Assembly (NCBI GenBank): GCA_964016885.1
Contig: OZ024742.1
Location: forward strand, 128,960,001 to 129,024,000
Direction: 5' to 3'
DNA length: 64,000 nt
From: Eledone cirrhosa
Taxonomy: Eukaryota
Position numbers and translations under genes: made by a program. The notes beneath the pieces are model-generated. The model ran no database searches and was not told the origin of the DNA. It saw only the letters and a program-made list of their open reading frames with translations. This document shows positions 37,936 through 51,225 of this stretch, piece after piece; within the stretch, counting starts at the first letter, position 1, and each line of letters starts with the position of its first letter.

Positions 37936-38085
37936 TTTGCCTTTGCAGCAGTTGACAATGCTGCTGCTACACCAATTATTGGGTATGACATTATTTTAGT
38001 TTCAGAAGATCCTGTTAAGAGTGAAAGCAGCAATTCTTTGCTTAAACTTTAATCTGTTATTTTAATATATATATAAATATATATA

Positions 38086-39579
38086 TTAACAATGAATATT
38101 GTGAAGAATTTAGTGTAAAAGTTGGCGTTCATCAAGGCTCTGTCCTTAGCTCCCTCCTATTTATTATTGCCCTTCAGGCTATAACAGAGGAGTTCAAGAC
38201 TGGCTGCTCATGGGAACTCCTATTCGCAGATGATCTAACGCTCATAGCTGAATCAATGGCTGAACTAGAGAATAAATTCCAAACATGGAAGCATGGCTTA
38301 GAATCAAAAGGCCTTAAAGTTAACTTGTCTAAGACTAAAGTTCTAGTTTGTAGAAAGGAAAATAGGGCACAGATGCCCTCAGGGAAATGGCCATGCTCAG
38401 TGTGTAGGAAAGAAGTAGGCAGAAATTCCATTTTATGTCCCAAATGTAAAGTATGGGTACATAAAAGATGTAGTGGGATCACAGGTAAACTATCTAAGAA
38501 CGTAGACTTTATATGTGGCCAATGCTGAGGTGCAATAAGTAGCAAGTGTCCACAGGATACTAGCTCCTTCTATTGCCCAGATGGTTCTAGAGAAATAGTA
38601 GACACTTTCCGTTACCTGGGTGACGAAATCAGCAGTGGTGGAGGGTGTTCTGAAAGTACAGTAGCCAGAGTCAGAATGGGATGGAAAAAGTTCATAGAGC
38701 TTATACCACTGTTGGCCACAAAAGGTTTCTCTCTAAAAATGAAAGGCAGATTGTATGATGCTTGTATACGAACAGCAATGCTACATGGCAGTGAGACATG
38801 GGCATTACATGCAGAGGACCTGCGCAGACTGGAAAGGAATGAAGCATGCATGCTCCGTTGGATGTGTAATAGTAATATACGTGAATGGCAAAGCATAAAT
38901 GAACTAAATGAGAAATTAGTAATAAGAGGGATCAGATGCTGTTTACTTGAGAGAAGACTACGTTGCTATGGTCACGTGATGCGCATGAAAGATGACAGCT
39001 ACATAAAAAAGTGCAGGGCGATCAAAATTGATGGTAGTTACGGAGTAGGTAGACCCAGAAACACCTGGAACGATCTGATAAATTCCGACCTTACATACTT
39101 GCACCTCTCTAAGACAATGTCACTGGACCGAGATCTTTGGCGCTACGCAGTAGTACAGAAGAGCTGCCTTGCCTATGTACAAAGCGAAACCTAGTTAGTA
39201 GGCACCTCTTAACCAAATATACACCCCAATCCACTACGCCTACTCTATCCTCCCACTCCCACCCTCTCTCTATAAAGTCGGTACCACAACATCCAGTCCA
39301 AATAAATGAGATAATGAGATCGAGATCGTGTAGGTGTCACGACAAAAAAACACAGTCCACACTGTAATATGGCCGTGTAGGTAACGCAGTAAAAAGTTCC
39401 CAGTTCCACACTGTAAATGTGGTTGGTTAGGAAGGGCATCCAGCCATAGAAAACCTGCCACAGTCCTATATGAGCGAGACACAGTCACTCAACCAACCTT
39501 GCCTCAAGTGGGACAACTTCTGTCTAACCCATGCTAGCGTGGAAGATAGACATTAAACGATGATGATGATGATGATGAT
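38086..39579 (+). mobile_element. 5'-truncated RTE LINE, same family as 28260-31125
   Basis: Colinear with 29639-31125, including the Cys/His finger and the (GAT)n tail. Confidence 0.92.
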
Positions 39580-40726
39580 ATATATATATATATATGTACA
39601 GTCACTCTCTTTGTTAGCCTCTTCCTCACCCTTCACTCACTCACTCTGTTACTACCTCTCCTACTTCTCCTACCTGTGCGTAATTCTTTTCTCTCGCACG
39701 CTTGGCCAGACCGGTTCCCCTTTTTTTCTCTCTCTCGTCTACGATTTCACAGAACTTATGTTTACCAAATTCACAGACTAGACCCCTTCTTCCTCCCATT
39801 TGACCTGTGCGAAATTCCTTCCTTGCTCACATTTCAACCAAGTTTGATGGTCTTTATTCTCTCTCGTTCACGATTTCACCGAACTTATATTCATGGAAAT
39901 TTAGGACTTGACTTGTTCTTCCTCACTTTTCGTTGCTTCACCATCTTTGTTTGTTTACACTCTCGCTGTTCCCTTTATTTACGTGTCCCAACGACTTTCT
40001 TTAGCCGTTGCTCGCACCAACCGGAGGTATATGGTCTTTAAAGCGATGAAATACCAATGATGGTTGGAAGATCACTGATGAAGGACTAACTTTATTCATA
40101 TGTAACCCATTTGCAACCACGCAGCACGTTTATTCTTATATATGTATATATATTTATAAATTAGTGGGGTTCATTTTAGAGGGTTACAGCAATGTAAATA
40201 GACATTAAATGTTAAAAATAACAATAATAAAGTTGTTGGAGGCGTTGAATTAGTCCTTAGTACTTCAGGGTAAAAAATCCCTTTGTTAAAAGAACAGTTA
40301 AGGAAACTAAGTCAGAGCAGGATACCTACATCTGCTTTTATGCTCACATGGGCTGGATAGGATGTCGTAGTTTGAGCAACCTCATCTTGCTCGTTATTTT
40401 CCATATTTGTCATGATTTCTATGGCTTGATGCCTTTCCTAATGCCAACCACTTTACAGTGTGTACATGGTATGTTTTTCATGGCACCAGCACTACCATTC
40501 TAGAGGGTGTACGAGGTGCATTTTATCAAGGCACCAGCACTAGAGAGGTTATCATATGTTCAGCAAGACTGAAAAGTATTCTCAAACTCTATATTGTCTC
40601 CATTCAAAAGCCAAACACTGTAGCTTCTGATCTCTTACATTTACTTTCAGTGTTGTAGTGATTGTACGTTTACAATGTCTTTAGCCAGTATCCTATGATA
40701 TTATAATTAGAGCCATATTATAATTA

Positions 40727-41242
40727 GGCCGGTGGATTGGCAGTATTGGTAGACGGTCGGACGCCATGCTTTGCAGCAAAGAATTACGCCCCTTTATGGT
40801 CTGAGTTCAAATCCCGCCAAGGTTAACTTTGCCATTCATCCTTACATGGTCAATAAAATAAAGTACCAGTAATACACTGGGATAATTGCTGGCCTCATGC
40901 CAAAAATAGAAAGAATTATAATTAGAGCCACAATAACCCAATAACCATCACATCACCAGGAAACAGTTTCAGAATTGCCTACTAAAACAGATTACAAGCA
41001 CTGCAGCCAATACTATATGATGTTTGGTGGATTGGCAGTATTGGTACAACGTTAGACACTATGCTTCACGACACAGAGTTACCGCCCTTTACGTTCTGTT
41101 TTCAAATCCCGCTGAGGTTAGCTTTGCCTTTCATCCTTACAGGGTTCATATAATAAAGCACCAGTAATGTACTGGGGTCAATTTGATTGACTTTCCCCTC
41201 TCCCCAAATTGCTGACCTTGTGCCTATAGTAGAAATCGTTAT
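40727..41242 (+). mobile_element. Two SINE family A copies (40727-40918, 41025-41242)
   Basis: Consensus match; the first is bracketed by repeated attataattagagcca. Confidence 0.85.
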
Positions 41243-41336
41243 TATAGTCAGAGTAACCATCCCATTACTTACTGAAATATAATATAATACAATTACAATC
41301 TCTCAAAACCAATATTGTATAACAATTTCATTACAG

Positions 41337-41616
41337 TCACAGTAACCAGCACATCACAAGGAAACAGTTTCAGCAGTGCCTATCAATCTTGAATCTGCCA
41401 TTCAACAAAGCAGAGATTGATGCCATTGAAGCTCGTTTCAGCAATGAGATAGGATTCAATTATATGATGTTTCTATATGAATTACTGTCTGAGGATTACA
41501 AGCCATTTCCATCTGAAATTTCTTCAAAGAAGGACTCCATGTCCAAGCAAAAGAATGTATCACTCCTCCAACTTAATCCTCATGAAGAAAGTGTCCTGTC
41601 AAAGATAAAAGCTAAG
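41337..41616 (+). CDS. Multi-EF-hand host protein exon 5 (HSNQHITRKQFQQCL...GFNYMMFL...SKIKAK)
   Basis: ttacag acceptor, aag|gtaagg donor, phase 2 in and 0 out; completes the loop DFDHHSNQHITRKQF. Confidence 0.85.
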
Positions 41617-44278
41617 GTAAGGAACCTCTCCACTGCAAATAATTCCTTAATGTTCTCTTTTTCTTTTTAATGTGCTGGTGTCACGATGTACTCAGTACAC
41701 ACTGTAAACGTGTGGTGATTTGGTAGTGGCATTAGAACATCATCATCATCATTTCCATTTAGCGTCAATTCTTCTATGCTTGCATGGGTTAGACGGGTCG
41801 TCCATGCTGGGTGGCATGTCTGGCCATGGTTGGCCATGTTGCACCTTGCTCCGGTGAGGACTATAAATTTGGCTGGGTATTTTACAGCTGGATGCCTTTC
41901 CTAACACCAACCACATTTGCAGTGTGGATAGAAAGCTTTGTGGTATTTGTCTTTGGTCTCTATGCTTTGAGTTCAAATCTGGCTGAAGTTAACTTTGCTT
42001 CTCATGCTTTCTAGGTCGATAAATAAAGTACCAGTCTAATACTAGTGTTGATTCTTCCTCTACATCTCTTTCTCACTTTCTATCATTCTGTCTCCTCTGA
42101 AAGAAATCAGCTTTTCAGACATGAAGACGGATGGGCCCAGCCAGGTATAAACGCCCAAGATGGCACCCCTGTGACTCCATCAGGAGTTCAGGGTCTTTAT
42201 CATTTATTTTTTATTTACTAGTTAAAATATAGTGTGACTGAGTATTCTGCAAGCATGTGTACCTTTAAATTGATTTTCCAAGAGATTCAGATTGACGAAG
42301 TGTGTGACAAGGCTGACCATTTTGAATTACAGGTACAGTCTATTCAATGGACTTGTCAACAGATAAATGCCTGAGTACTTGTTCTGGCTTCCTGGACTCT
42401 GAGTTCAAATCCTGCTTTGGTCAATTTTGTCTTTCATCTTGCTGGATCAAGGGAGGAAGGGTTGAGGGGATGTTTGTGTCTGCTTGTGAGAACATGGGCT
42501 TCTAAAACTTTTAGGTAGATTGTAAATGACATCTGTAGCTTTTTTTAGGTAGTAGTAGTGATGTTAAACCAGGCAGCATGTTAGGATTACTATATATAAT
42601 ATACCAGTAATATACTAAAGGTGTGTGGCTTAGTGGTTAGAGAATTGGATTCACAATTATGAGTTTGTGAGTTCAATTCCCAGACCGAGCGATGCATTAT
42701 GTACTTGAGCAAGACACTTGATTTCACATTACTCTTTCTGCCAGGAGTTGGAAAGACCAATGGAAATATTGTTTCCTTGGTCTGATCTGACAAGTTTCAC
42801 TCCACTTGGTAAACGAGGGAGGTCTGGGAACTTGTTGATCAATTCCTTTTTTTTTTAATATACTGGGAGCCTGATCAATGTCCTAGAGTCATCACATTTA
42901 AATATGGGACCCCGTAGCACTAGAAGAAATCAATATCTTGTTGTCTGCTGTGCCAACTCATCTTCAACTCTTATATTTGATTATAAGATTATTGTTGTTT
43001 CTTGGGCTTAAAATAAACATTTTTTTATTAAATAATTCATTAATAATTTATTATATATACCAGGCTCACATGCAGAGGTAACTAGAATATGGCGCCATGG
43101 GTGCCTCTTGAAGCGGTGTACCATTAAAGTCAGATAAGCTATCAGATGTATGATCTGTCTTTGATTATCACGAGTGAGAAGCACTATTGTGGCTGGATCA
43201 TAACTAGGGTATGACTAGCATGGTACATGCCATGGGTGCCACATGGTCAGGGATGCAATTTCACTGTTTGCCATAGATGCTATTTCCCCTAGTAATGCTT
43301 CTACTCACATGCTTTCTGCACACAGATGTTATAGACGAATATATCAGTTGAAGAGTGTGTGTGTCTATATATATGTGACAATATGTATATGAGAAGAGTA
43401 TGTGTAACTATATGCATGAATGTATTATAGTGAGTGTGAATGTGTGTGACTAAATTTTTGTATATAATCTAATGCAAATGATGATGTCTTATACATATCT
43501 ATTTGTGTGTTTATTTGTGTGTGAGGAAGATATACACATACATGCATGCAAACACATCTGTATGAATACACATAAATGCATACATTTACATATATTTATC
43601 CATTTTTAATTTTTATAATGAATTCTAGAAACCTAGATAAGCTTTTACTTTTCTGTAACAATACAAATAGCATGTAGTCAGCAATTTCTAATGCAATGGA
43701 CAACAACACAGTGGTGGGTGGGTGACTACCATTGCTACCCAGCCACAACCACCACCACCATTGGTAGGTGGGACGAGGAGGTAGGTATCTTCAAGCAGGA
43801 GGCCTGGTCCAAATACTTGCAACAGAGTATACTTAGTTAAAGACCAAAGTCTAGGTGGTGATGGAGATGTTAAACTGGGCGACTGATTAACCTTTTCTAA
43901 TGAAAGATACTACCTATGATTTTCAAATAATTTTGAAAATATTCATCCTAGTCAAGCAGCAGATATATAATCAAAAGTATACCAGTGGTGACCATTCTGC
44001 CTGTCTTTCTTTTCAGATGTAGTGTACCTAAGACTACGGTATCTAATGTGTCCATCCTTTGATAAGGGTGTTGGTTAGGATTTAAGAAAGATTGAAGTGC
44101 TATTTTGAACAGGTTAAGCAACCACATAAGGACTTCACCATTGGCTTGTAAACATGCATTATTTAACACTTTTGATACCAATCCACACCTGGTTCTATAA
44201 TACAAAACTGTTTATTTTAAAATGTATGTATTTATCTAAAAGCCTTCCATCATAATTTTACGCAAGGACCTCTATTAA

Positions 44279-44383
44279 CCTTTAGCACACTAGAAATTTT
44301 TATGCATTGCTTCCCTTGACACTGCATAATGTGTTAAGGGGAGATTACTCTATCGGCGCCGTATGTCTAGAGTGTGCTAAAGG
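44279..44383. mobile_element. piggyBac-type MITE nested in another TTAA MITE (~44163-44510)
   Basis: TTAA|CCTTTAGCACAC ... GTGTGCTAAAGG|TTAA. Confidence 0.82.
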
Positions 44384-44784
44384 TTAAGTTTGAAACACCA
44401 GCTTAATAATGAGAAAGTTAGTTATATTATTAAATTCTTGGTTATTTCCAAAAGTTGAACATTATTAAACAGTGTATTTTATTAGAACTATGGTAATTAA
44501 TAAGTTAATATAGTTGACAAAATATCATTTTGAGTAATTCCAAACCACCTCAGGTTCTATAACAAAAACCACCCATTTTAAAGAGTTCATATTTTCCCAA
44601 GATGATTTTCTATAAGAATCTTTTGTTAAGTTGTTATAAATACCATCTTAATTGTGAAATAAATAATAATTTTAGTAAACCACTTCAAACTAATTGCAAT
44701 ACAGAGGAATATGGTAAAAAAATAAAAGCGGTTAAATCAGTCTAGTTTATATGTGGTAATTATATTACTTGCAACCTACTCTAC

Positions 44785-47285
44785 ATGCATCTTGGTAAAA
44801 GCAAGGTCATGTTTAACAGCCATTTTAAATCATCACCGGTTATTGTGGATGGAAAGCCTATTGAGGAAGTAAAAAGTTATGTGTACCCCAGAAAGACTAT
44901 CAAGGAAGTTGACAGTTATGTCTACCTCAGAAAGACTATCAAGGAAGTTGACAGATATGTGTACCTCAGAAAGACTATCAAGGAAGTAGACAGTTATGAC
45001 TACCTCAGAAAGACTATTAAGGAAGTTGACAGTTATGTCTACCTCAGAAAAACTATCAAGGAAGTAGACAGTTATGTGTACCTCAGAAAGACTATCAAGG
45101 AAGTTGACAGTTATGTGTACCTCAGAAAGATTATCAAGGAAGTTGACAGTTATGTGTACCTCAGAAAGACTATCAAGGAAGTTGACAGTTATGTGTACCT
45201 CAGAAAGACTATCAAGGAAGTTGACAGTTATGTCTACCCCAGAAAGACTATTAAGGAAGTAGAGAGTTATGTGTACCTCAGAAAGACTATCAAGGAAGTA
45301 GACAGTTATGTCAACCTCAGAAAGCCTATCAAGGAAGTAGACAGTTATGTCTACCTCAGAAAGACTATCAAGCTATCAAGGAAGTAGACAGTTATGTGTA
45401 CCTCAGAAAGTCTATTGAGGAAGTTGACAGTTATGTCTACCTCAGAAAGACTATCAATGAAGTAGACAGTTATGTGTACATCAGAAAGACTATTGAGGAA
45501 GTTGACAGTTATGGTTACCTCAGAAAGACTATCAAGGAAGTAGACAGTTATGTCTACCTCAGAAAGACTATCAAGGAAGATAACTGTTATGTGTACCTCA
45601 GAAAGACTATCAAGGAAGTTTACAGTTATGTCTACCTCAGAAAGACTATTAAGGAAGTTTACAGTTATGGTTACCTCAGAAAGACTATCAAGGAAGTTGA
45701 CAGTTATGTCTACCTCAGAAAGACTATCAAGGAAGATGACAGTTATGTGTACGTCAGAAAGACTATCAAGGAAGTAGATAGTTATGTGTACCTCAGAAAG
45801 ACTATTGAGAAAGTTGACAGTTATATCTACCTCAGAAAGACTATCAAGGAAGTTGACTGTTATGTGTACCTCAGAAAGACTATCAAGGAAGTTAACAGTT
45901 ATGTCTACCTCAGAAAGGCTATCAAGGAAGTTGACAGTTATGTCTACCTCAGAAAGACTATCAAGGAAGTTGACAGTTATGTCTACCTCAGAAAGACTAT
46001 CAAGGAAGTTGACTGTTATGTGTACCTCAGAAAGACTATCAAGGAAGTTGACAATTATGTCTACTTCAGAAAGACTATCAAGGAAGTAGACAGTTATGTG
46101 TATCTCAGAAAGACTATCAAGGAAGTTGACAGTTATGTCTACCTCAGAAAGACTATTGAGGAAGTTGACAATTATGTCTACCTCTGAAAGACTATCAAGG
46201 AAGTTAACAGTTATGTCTACCCCAGAAAGACTATCACGGAAGTTGACAGTTATATGTACCTCAGAAAGACTATCAAGGAAGTTGACAATTATGTCTACTT
46301 CAGAAAGACTATCAAGGAAATTGACAGTTATGTCTACCTCATAAAGACTATCAAGGAAGTTGACAGTTATGTCTACCTCAGAAAGACTATTGAGGAAGTT
46401 GACAGTTATGTCTACCTCAGAAAGACTATCAAGGAAGTTGACAGTTATGTCTACCTCAGAAAGACTATCAAGGAAGTTAACAGTTATGTCTACCTCAGAA
46501 AGACTATCAAGGAAGTTGACAGTTATGTCTACCTCAGAAAGACTATCAAGGAAGTTGACAGTTATGTCTACATCAGAAAGACTATCAAGGAAGTTGACAG
46601 TTATGTCTACCTCAGAAAGACTATCAAGGAAGTTGACAGTTATGTCTACCTCAGAAAGACTATCAAGGAAGTTGACAGTTATGTCTACCTCAGAAAGACT
46701 ATCAAGGAAGTTGACAGTTATGTGTATCTCAGAAAGACTATCAAGGAAGTTGACAGTTATGTGTACTAACAGAGGTCAAAAGAAGGATTTGCTTGGCAGG
46801 GCAACTTTTGGAAAAGTTTCTACCCTCATTAAAAGTCCCAAGTCAACATTGAAAACCAAGAGAAAGTTGTTTGATGAATTTATTCTGTTGGTGATGACGT
46901 ATGGAAGTGAGACAGGAGCACTCAACTCCATCACTGCTGAGACGCAGTCGCCATGTGTAAAATGGAGCGAATCATGATGAGCATCACTTTACGTGACAGG
47001 AACATTTAGATTCAACAGCAGATTGTAGTGAAGGACATAATTGAGACCATGAAGATGGGCAAACATAGATGGGTTGGCTGTTGTCTCTTTTTCAGAGACA
47101 ACAGGTGGGCTATCAGAGTGACAAAGTGGACACCAGAGCAGTGGAGAACTTGAGGGTGGCTAAAGGCAAGATGGCATGATGATCTGACCCGATACCTCAG
47201 CCCCACATGGCCCAGTATGGCCAAAGATAGGAAGTGGTGGTGGTCAACCAAGGAAGGAGTCCCTCCAATAGGAGTGACAAGGCCC
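44785..47285 (+). mobile_element. RTE-clade LINE 3' fragment (second family) interrupted by an internal minisatellite
   Basis: KSKVMFN..IVDGKPIEEV before the array; EVKRRI..FGK..KRKLFD..MTYGSET..RWHDDL after it. Confidence 0.85.
44852..46766 (+). repeat. 39-bp minisatellite, ~49 copies (GAAAGACTATCAAGGAAGTTGACAGTTATGTCTACCTCA; KTIKEVDSYVYLR)
   Basis: Directly visible; 1915 bp including one 8-bp duplication at ~45373. Confidence 0.97.
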
Positions 47286-48012
47286 AAAATTTGTATTTGA
47301 ACTCTAAATTATATTTTTCATTGAAATACTACATTTTACTTAATCAAGATTTTGTTGAACTATGTCCTTAGCAGAGTGTCATATTTTTATTTACATATAC
47401 ACTGTATTTATATAAACCCCATCAATGTATGCATGCATACATGCGGTGTCCCATAACTCCTGGATGGTTGCCCTATTGACATACAATGTTTCTTGAACAT
47501 TTTAAAACCTTCTGGTTGGTATATAGCAGATTTCTTTCAGAGAGGGCTAGAGTGAGAGAAAGGAAGTGGGAAAGAGATATAGAGGAAGAAACGACCTCAG
47601 TATTTGACTGGTACTTTTTTTTTATCAATCAGGAATGAATGGAAGGCAAAGTTAATGTCGGCGGGATTTGAATTCTCAGAGCAGATAGCCAAAAGAAATA
47701 CCACAAAGCATTTTATTTGACATTCTAGCAACTCTGCCAATTTACTGGCTACCCACCAATGTAGGAGAACATAAAATCATCATTTTGACATCCACTTTTC
47801 TATACTGGCATACGTTGGAGGACACTTTCTGTTAGACCACAAATATCTGATTATAAAAATATTCATTAAATGATTTTTACTTAATCTTTTCATGACCATA
47901 TTTAAATTGGAATACACTGTATTTCAATTAATTAATTAAGAATTTGGGGTGATACCAAAGGATTACCTGTGATGGCTATTCTATCTGAAAGAAAAAACAG
48001 GTGTAATTATCA

Positions 48013-48245
48013 TGGCACCAATACTACCATTTTACAAAGGAAGGTGTATTAGTGGCACCAACACTACCATTTTACAAAGGAAGGTGTATTAGTGGCACCA
48101 ACACTACAATTTTACAAAGAAGGTGTATTAGTGCCACCAATACTACCATTTTACAAAGGAAGGTGTATTAGTGGCACCAACACTACCATTTTACAGTGAT
48201 CTTGGTGTATTTATGATGGCACCAACACTACCACTTTACAGAGTG
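48013..48245 (+). repeat. 40-bp minisatellite, ~5 copies (TGGCACCAACACTACCATTTTACAAAGGAAGGTGTATTAG)
   Basis: Units start at about 48013, 48053, 48093, 48132 and 48172. Confidence 0.9.
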
Positions 48246-48397
48246 TACTGAGTGCATTTTATCATGGCATCAGCACTACCCTATTACAACACTAAGGTGT
48301 TCTCAACTGTTGGAGTGATGTATATTTCATAACTATATAACACTGTTAAGAAATCAAATCTTAAAGCATAAAAAATAATCAATTTTTCTATTTTAAG

Positions 48398-48546
48398 GTA
48401 TTCAAAGAGCGGTTCCGGCTGATTGATTATATGAAGGATTATGACAAACATCACTCTGGACGTATTGCAAAGAGTAATTTTCAGCGAGCACTTGGACTGA
48501 GTCCTTTGAATCTGACTGCATCGGATATATCTGCCTTGGAAACCAG
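48398..48546 (+). CDS. Multi-EF-hand host protein exon 6 (VFKERFRLIDYMKDYDKHHSGRIAKSNFQRAL...LETR)
   Basis: ttttaag acceptor, EF-hand loop DYDKHHSGRIAKSNF, weak donor cag|gtcttt, phase 0 in and 2 out. Confidence 0.82.
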
Positions 48547-48625
48547 GTCTTTAGTTAGCATTTTCACTAAGTAGTCATTTTACATTTGTCATTGTTTTAA
48601 TGTTGAGCATCTTTAAATTATTTAA

Positions 48626-48857
48626 CCCTTTTAATACCAAACATCCTGGGACCATGCTTAGTTCTGTTACATAGAAAAAAAAACCCTGTTGATTTTAGTG
48701 TTTATATTTATCTAAAAACTTTTCATTATAATTATAAGTAAAAACCTTTAAATTATGTTCCAAATACTAGCTTAATAAGAAATCCCTCAAATCAATTTTC
48801 TAAATTATTTTCAAAATCATAGGTAGTGTTTTTCATTAAAATATGGTAACAAAAGTG
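48626..48857. mobile_element. piggyBac-type TTAA MITE (related pieces near 6165-6552, 44163-44733, 49600-49740, 56550-56769)
   Basis: TTAA|CCCTTTTAATACCA ... TGGTAACAAAAGTG|TTAA. Confidence 0.72.
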
Positions 48858-50270
48858 TTAAAATGCCATTAAAACTAAAGCTATTAATTTAGTCATTAAT
48901 AGCTTTCTTAACATTTTAGTTATTGATAAAGCAATGGATGGTAAAAAATGGTCGAGCAGCAAACAGAATGCCTTGCAGTATTTAATTACATCCTTTTATG
49001 TTCTTAGTTCAAATTCATTATACTTCAAATACAGAGTTTCTTCCCCAGTTACATCATTATAAACATCAACTTTGTCATCATTGATCTCAAATCTGTTACC
49101 ATCAACTTCGGTTTTGTCATTGTTAATTTCAATTTCATCATTACTGTAGGTTAGAGCGATTTTAAAAATTATTATAAAGAGTGAGGCATAGACATCAGTG
49201 ATTACTTGCCACAGAATCATCATCATTTTATGTCCACTTTTCCCTGCTTGCAAGGGTGGGACGGGAACTGATTCTGGCTTGATTTCTACAGCTGGATGCC
49301 CTTCCTAACACCAACCTCATTTACAGTGAGTGCTGGGTGCTTTTTTTTTCCGTGGCGCCTACACGCCCACTTTACAGTGTGGGCTGGGTGCTTTTTTGCC
49401 GTGGCACCTCCACAACCACTTTGCAGTGGAATGATAGGGACCCCAGTCCGTAGCATCTCATTTCTACAGCTGAGTAAACTGGAGCAATGTGAAATAAAGT
49501 GTCTTGCTCAAGGAAACAACACATCACCCGGTCTGAGAATTGAACTCACACCCTTTTGATTGCAAGGCCAATGCTCTACCCACTACGAATTCTTTAAGTG
49601 ATGTTTCAGAAACAAACACCAGATGAATAATGAGAAAATTATTATATTATTAAATCCTTTAAAATTCTTGATTATTTGCAAAATTATTTGAAAATCATAG
49701 GTAGTGGTTTTCATTATAAATATGGTAATAAAAGGGTTAATGATCATCAATAATTTTGTGAAGTATACAAATTTGATGTGCTACCATGTAAGTCAGCACT
49801 TAAGAGTGAAATATTTGTGTTATAAACAGTGTTAGTGATTCATCATCTCAAATATCTGCTTATCTGCTTTTCAGTCAATGTGTTCCTCAACACTCTGATA
49901 TTGCTATATCATCACCATCACTCTTTTATATCTACTTTTCTAATGTTTGCATGGGTTGGATAGGTCTTTTCCATCCCAGCTTCCCTTTGCTTGTTGCATC
50001 ATTTTGTTATCTCCTCTGTGAGGTTCAATATCATGAGATCACCTCTCATCACATCTGTCCAGGTCTTCCTCTACTGCAGCTTCTTTCTACTGGGATCTCT
50101 TGGTATTTCTTTACTTAACATCTCCCCACCCCATATGCATCACATGTCCACATCACCTCAAATATCTGCTAGTCTGCTTTCCAGTCAATATGGTCCTTTA
50201 TACTCTGATATTGTTATATCATCATCACCCTCATCATCATTCTTTTATATCCTTATTTTTGCTTGAATAG

Positions 50271-50475
50271 GTATCAATCCCTTCTAAATCCTTCTACCAT
50301 AGAATACAGGAGATTTTGTGAGGATATTGAGGTTATTTTCACCACTGCGGAGCTGGAAAAAGATCCAATGAAAGAAGTTGAACAGTATCAACCAAAGAAA
50401 CACTGTGAAAGCAATATACTGACAGAAGAAGAAGAAACGATATTCATGAAAGTAATGTCTAGGATAGCAGAAAAG
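50271..50475 (+). CDS. Multi-EF-hand host protein exon 7 (YQSLLNPSTIEYRRFCEDIEVIFTTAELEKDP...SRIAEK)
   Basis: aatag acceptor, aag|gtaaaa donor, phase 2 in and 0 out; inside ORF 50263..50487. Confidence 0.87.
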
Positions 50476-51225
50476 GTAAAATTCTGATGTAAATTATTTG
50501 CATGAAACCAAGAAATTCTTGAAAAGTACAAAACAATGCTATGACTGCATAACATAAAAGATTGAAGCCTTTATCCTAATACTGCAAATTTTCACAATGA
50601 TCTATCCACTAGTAAAGATACTGTAAACATTTGAATTAATGAACAAATTTTAGATATTTTCTGCTAAATTATTACAGGATGTTAAGAGTTAACTCATTGT
50701 TTATTTCTTAGTTAAGTTGATAGCTTCCTGAAATTTTGGCTGTTTCAAGGCATTTGTTTATGTCTCCGGCAAAATTTTAATCTTACTTTCTTCTGTTTAT
50801 TTGGAGTGCATGGATGATTGAGTTGCCGAGGTACTGAATAAGAGGTCAACAGACTGTCAGTTGATATCCTATCAATGTGGCTTGGGCTGGGTTTATTTTA
50901 AAGAAACCTTAGAACCACACAAACCTTTGAAGCAGGTGCAATAACCTAGTATTCAATATTCATATCTGTAATGATTATTCTAAACATTTTTATGAGTGTT
51001 TTATGTCTCTTTAACCATCATATACCATGTAAGTGAATGTAGCATTTAACACAAAATGTAATCTTACTGCACAAAATTAGATTTAGAATTATACAAGCAA
51101 GTGGCAACTATATGTTAAGATAATCACTAGGGTTGTGTCTGCAGGTAAGGCAATTAGTATTCTAAGCAGGTATTGCAAGGTAGAATAGCTAATCACTGTA
51201 ACGACAGTGCTAGAACTATAACTTA

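Noticed and set aside
44852-46766. 39-bp array as a CRISPR array or a genuine repeat-protein gene
   Set aside because: Units are contiguous with no unique spacers and there are no cas genes. The ORFs follow from the unit length being a multiple of 3, and they are broken by a frameshift (~45373) and a stop (46185).
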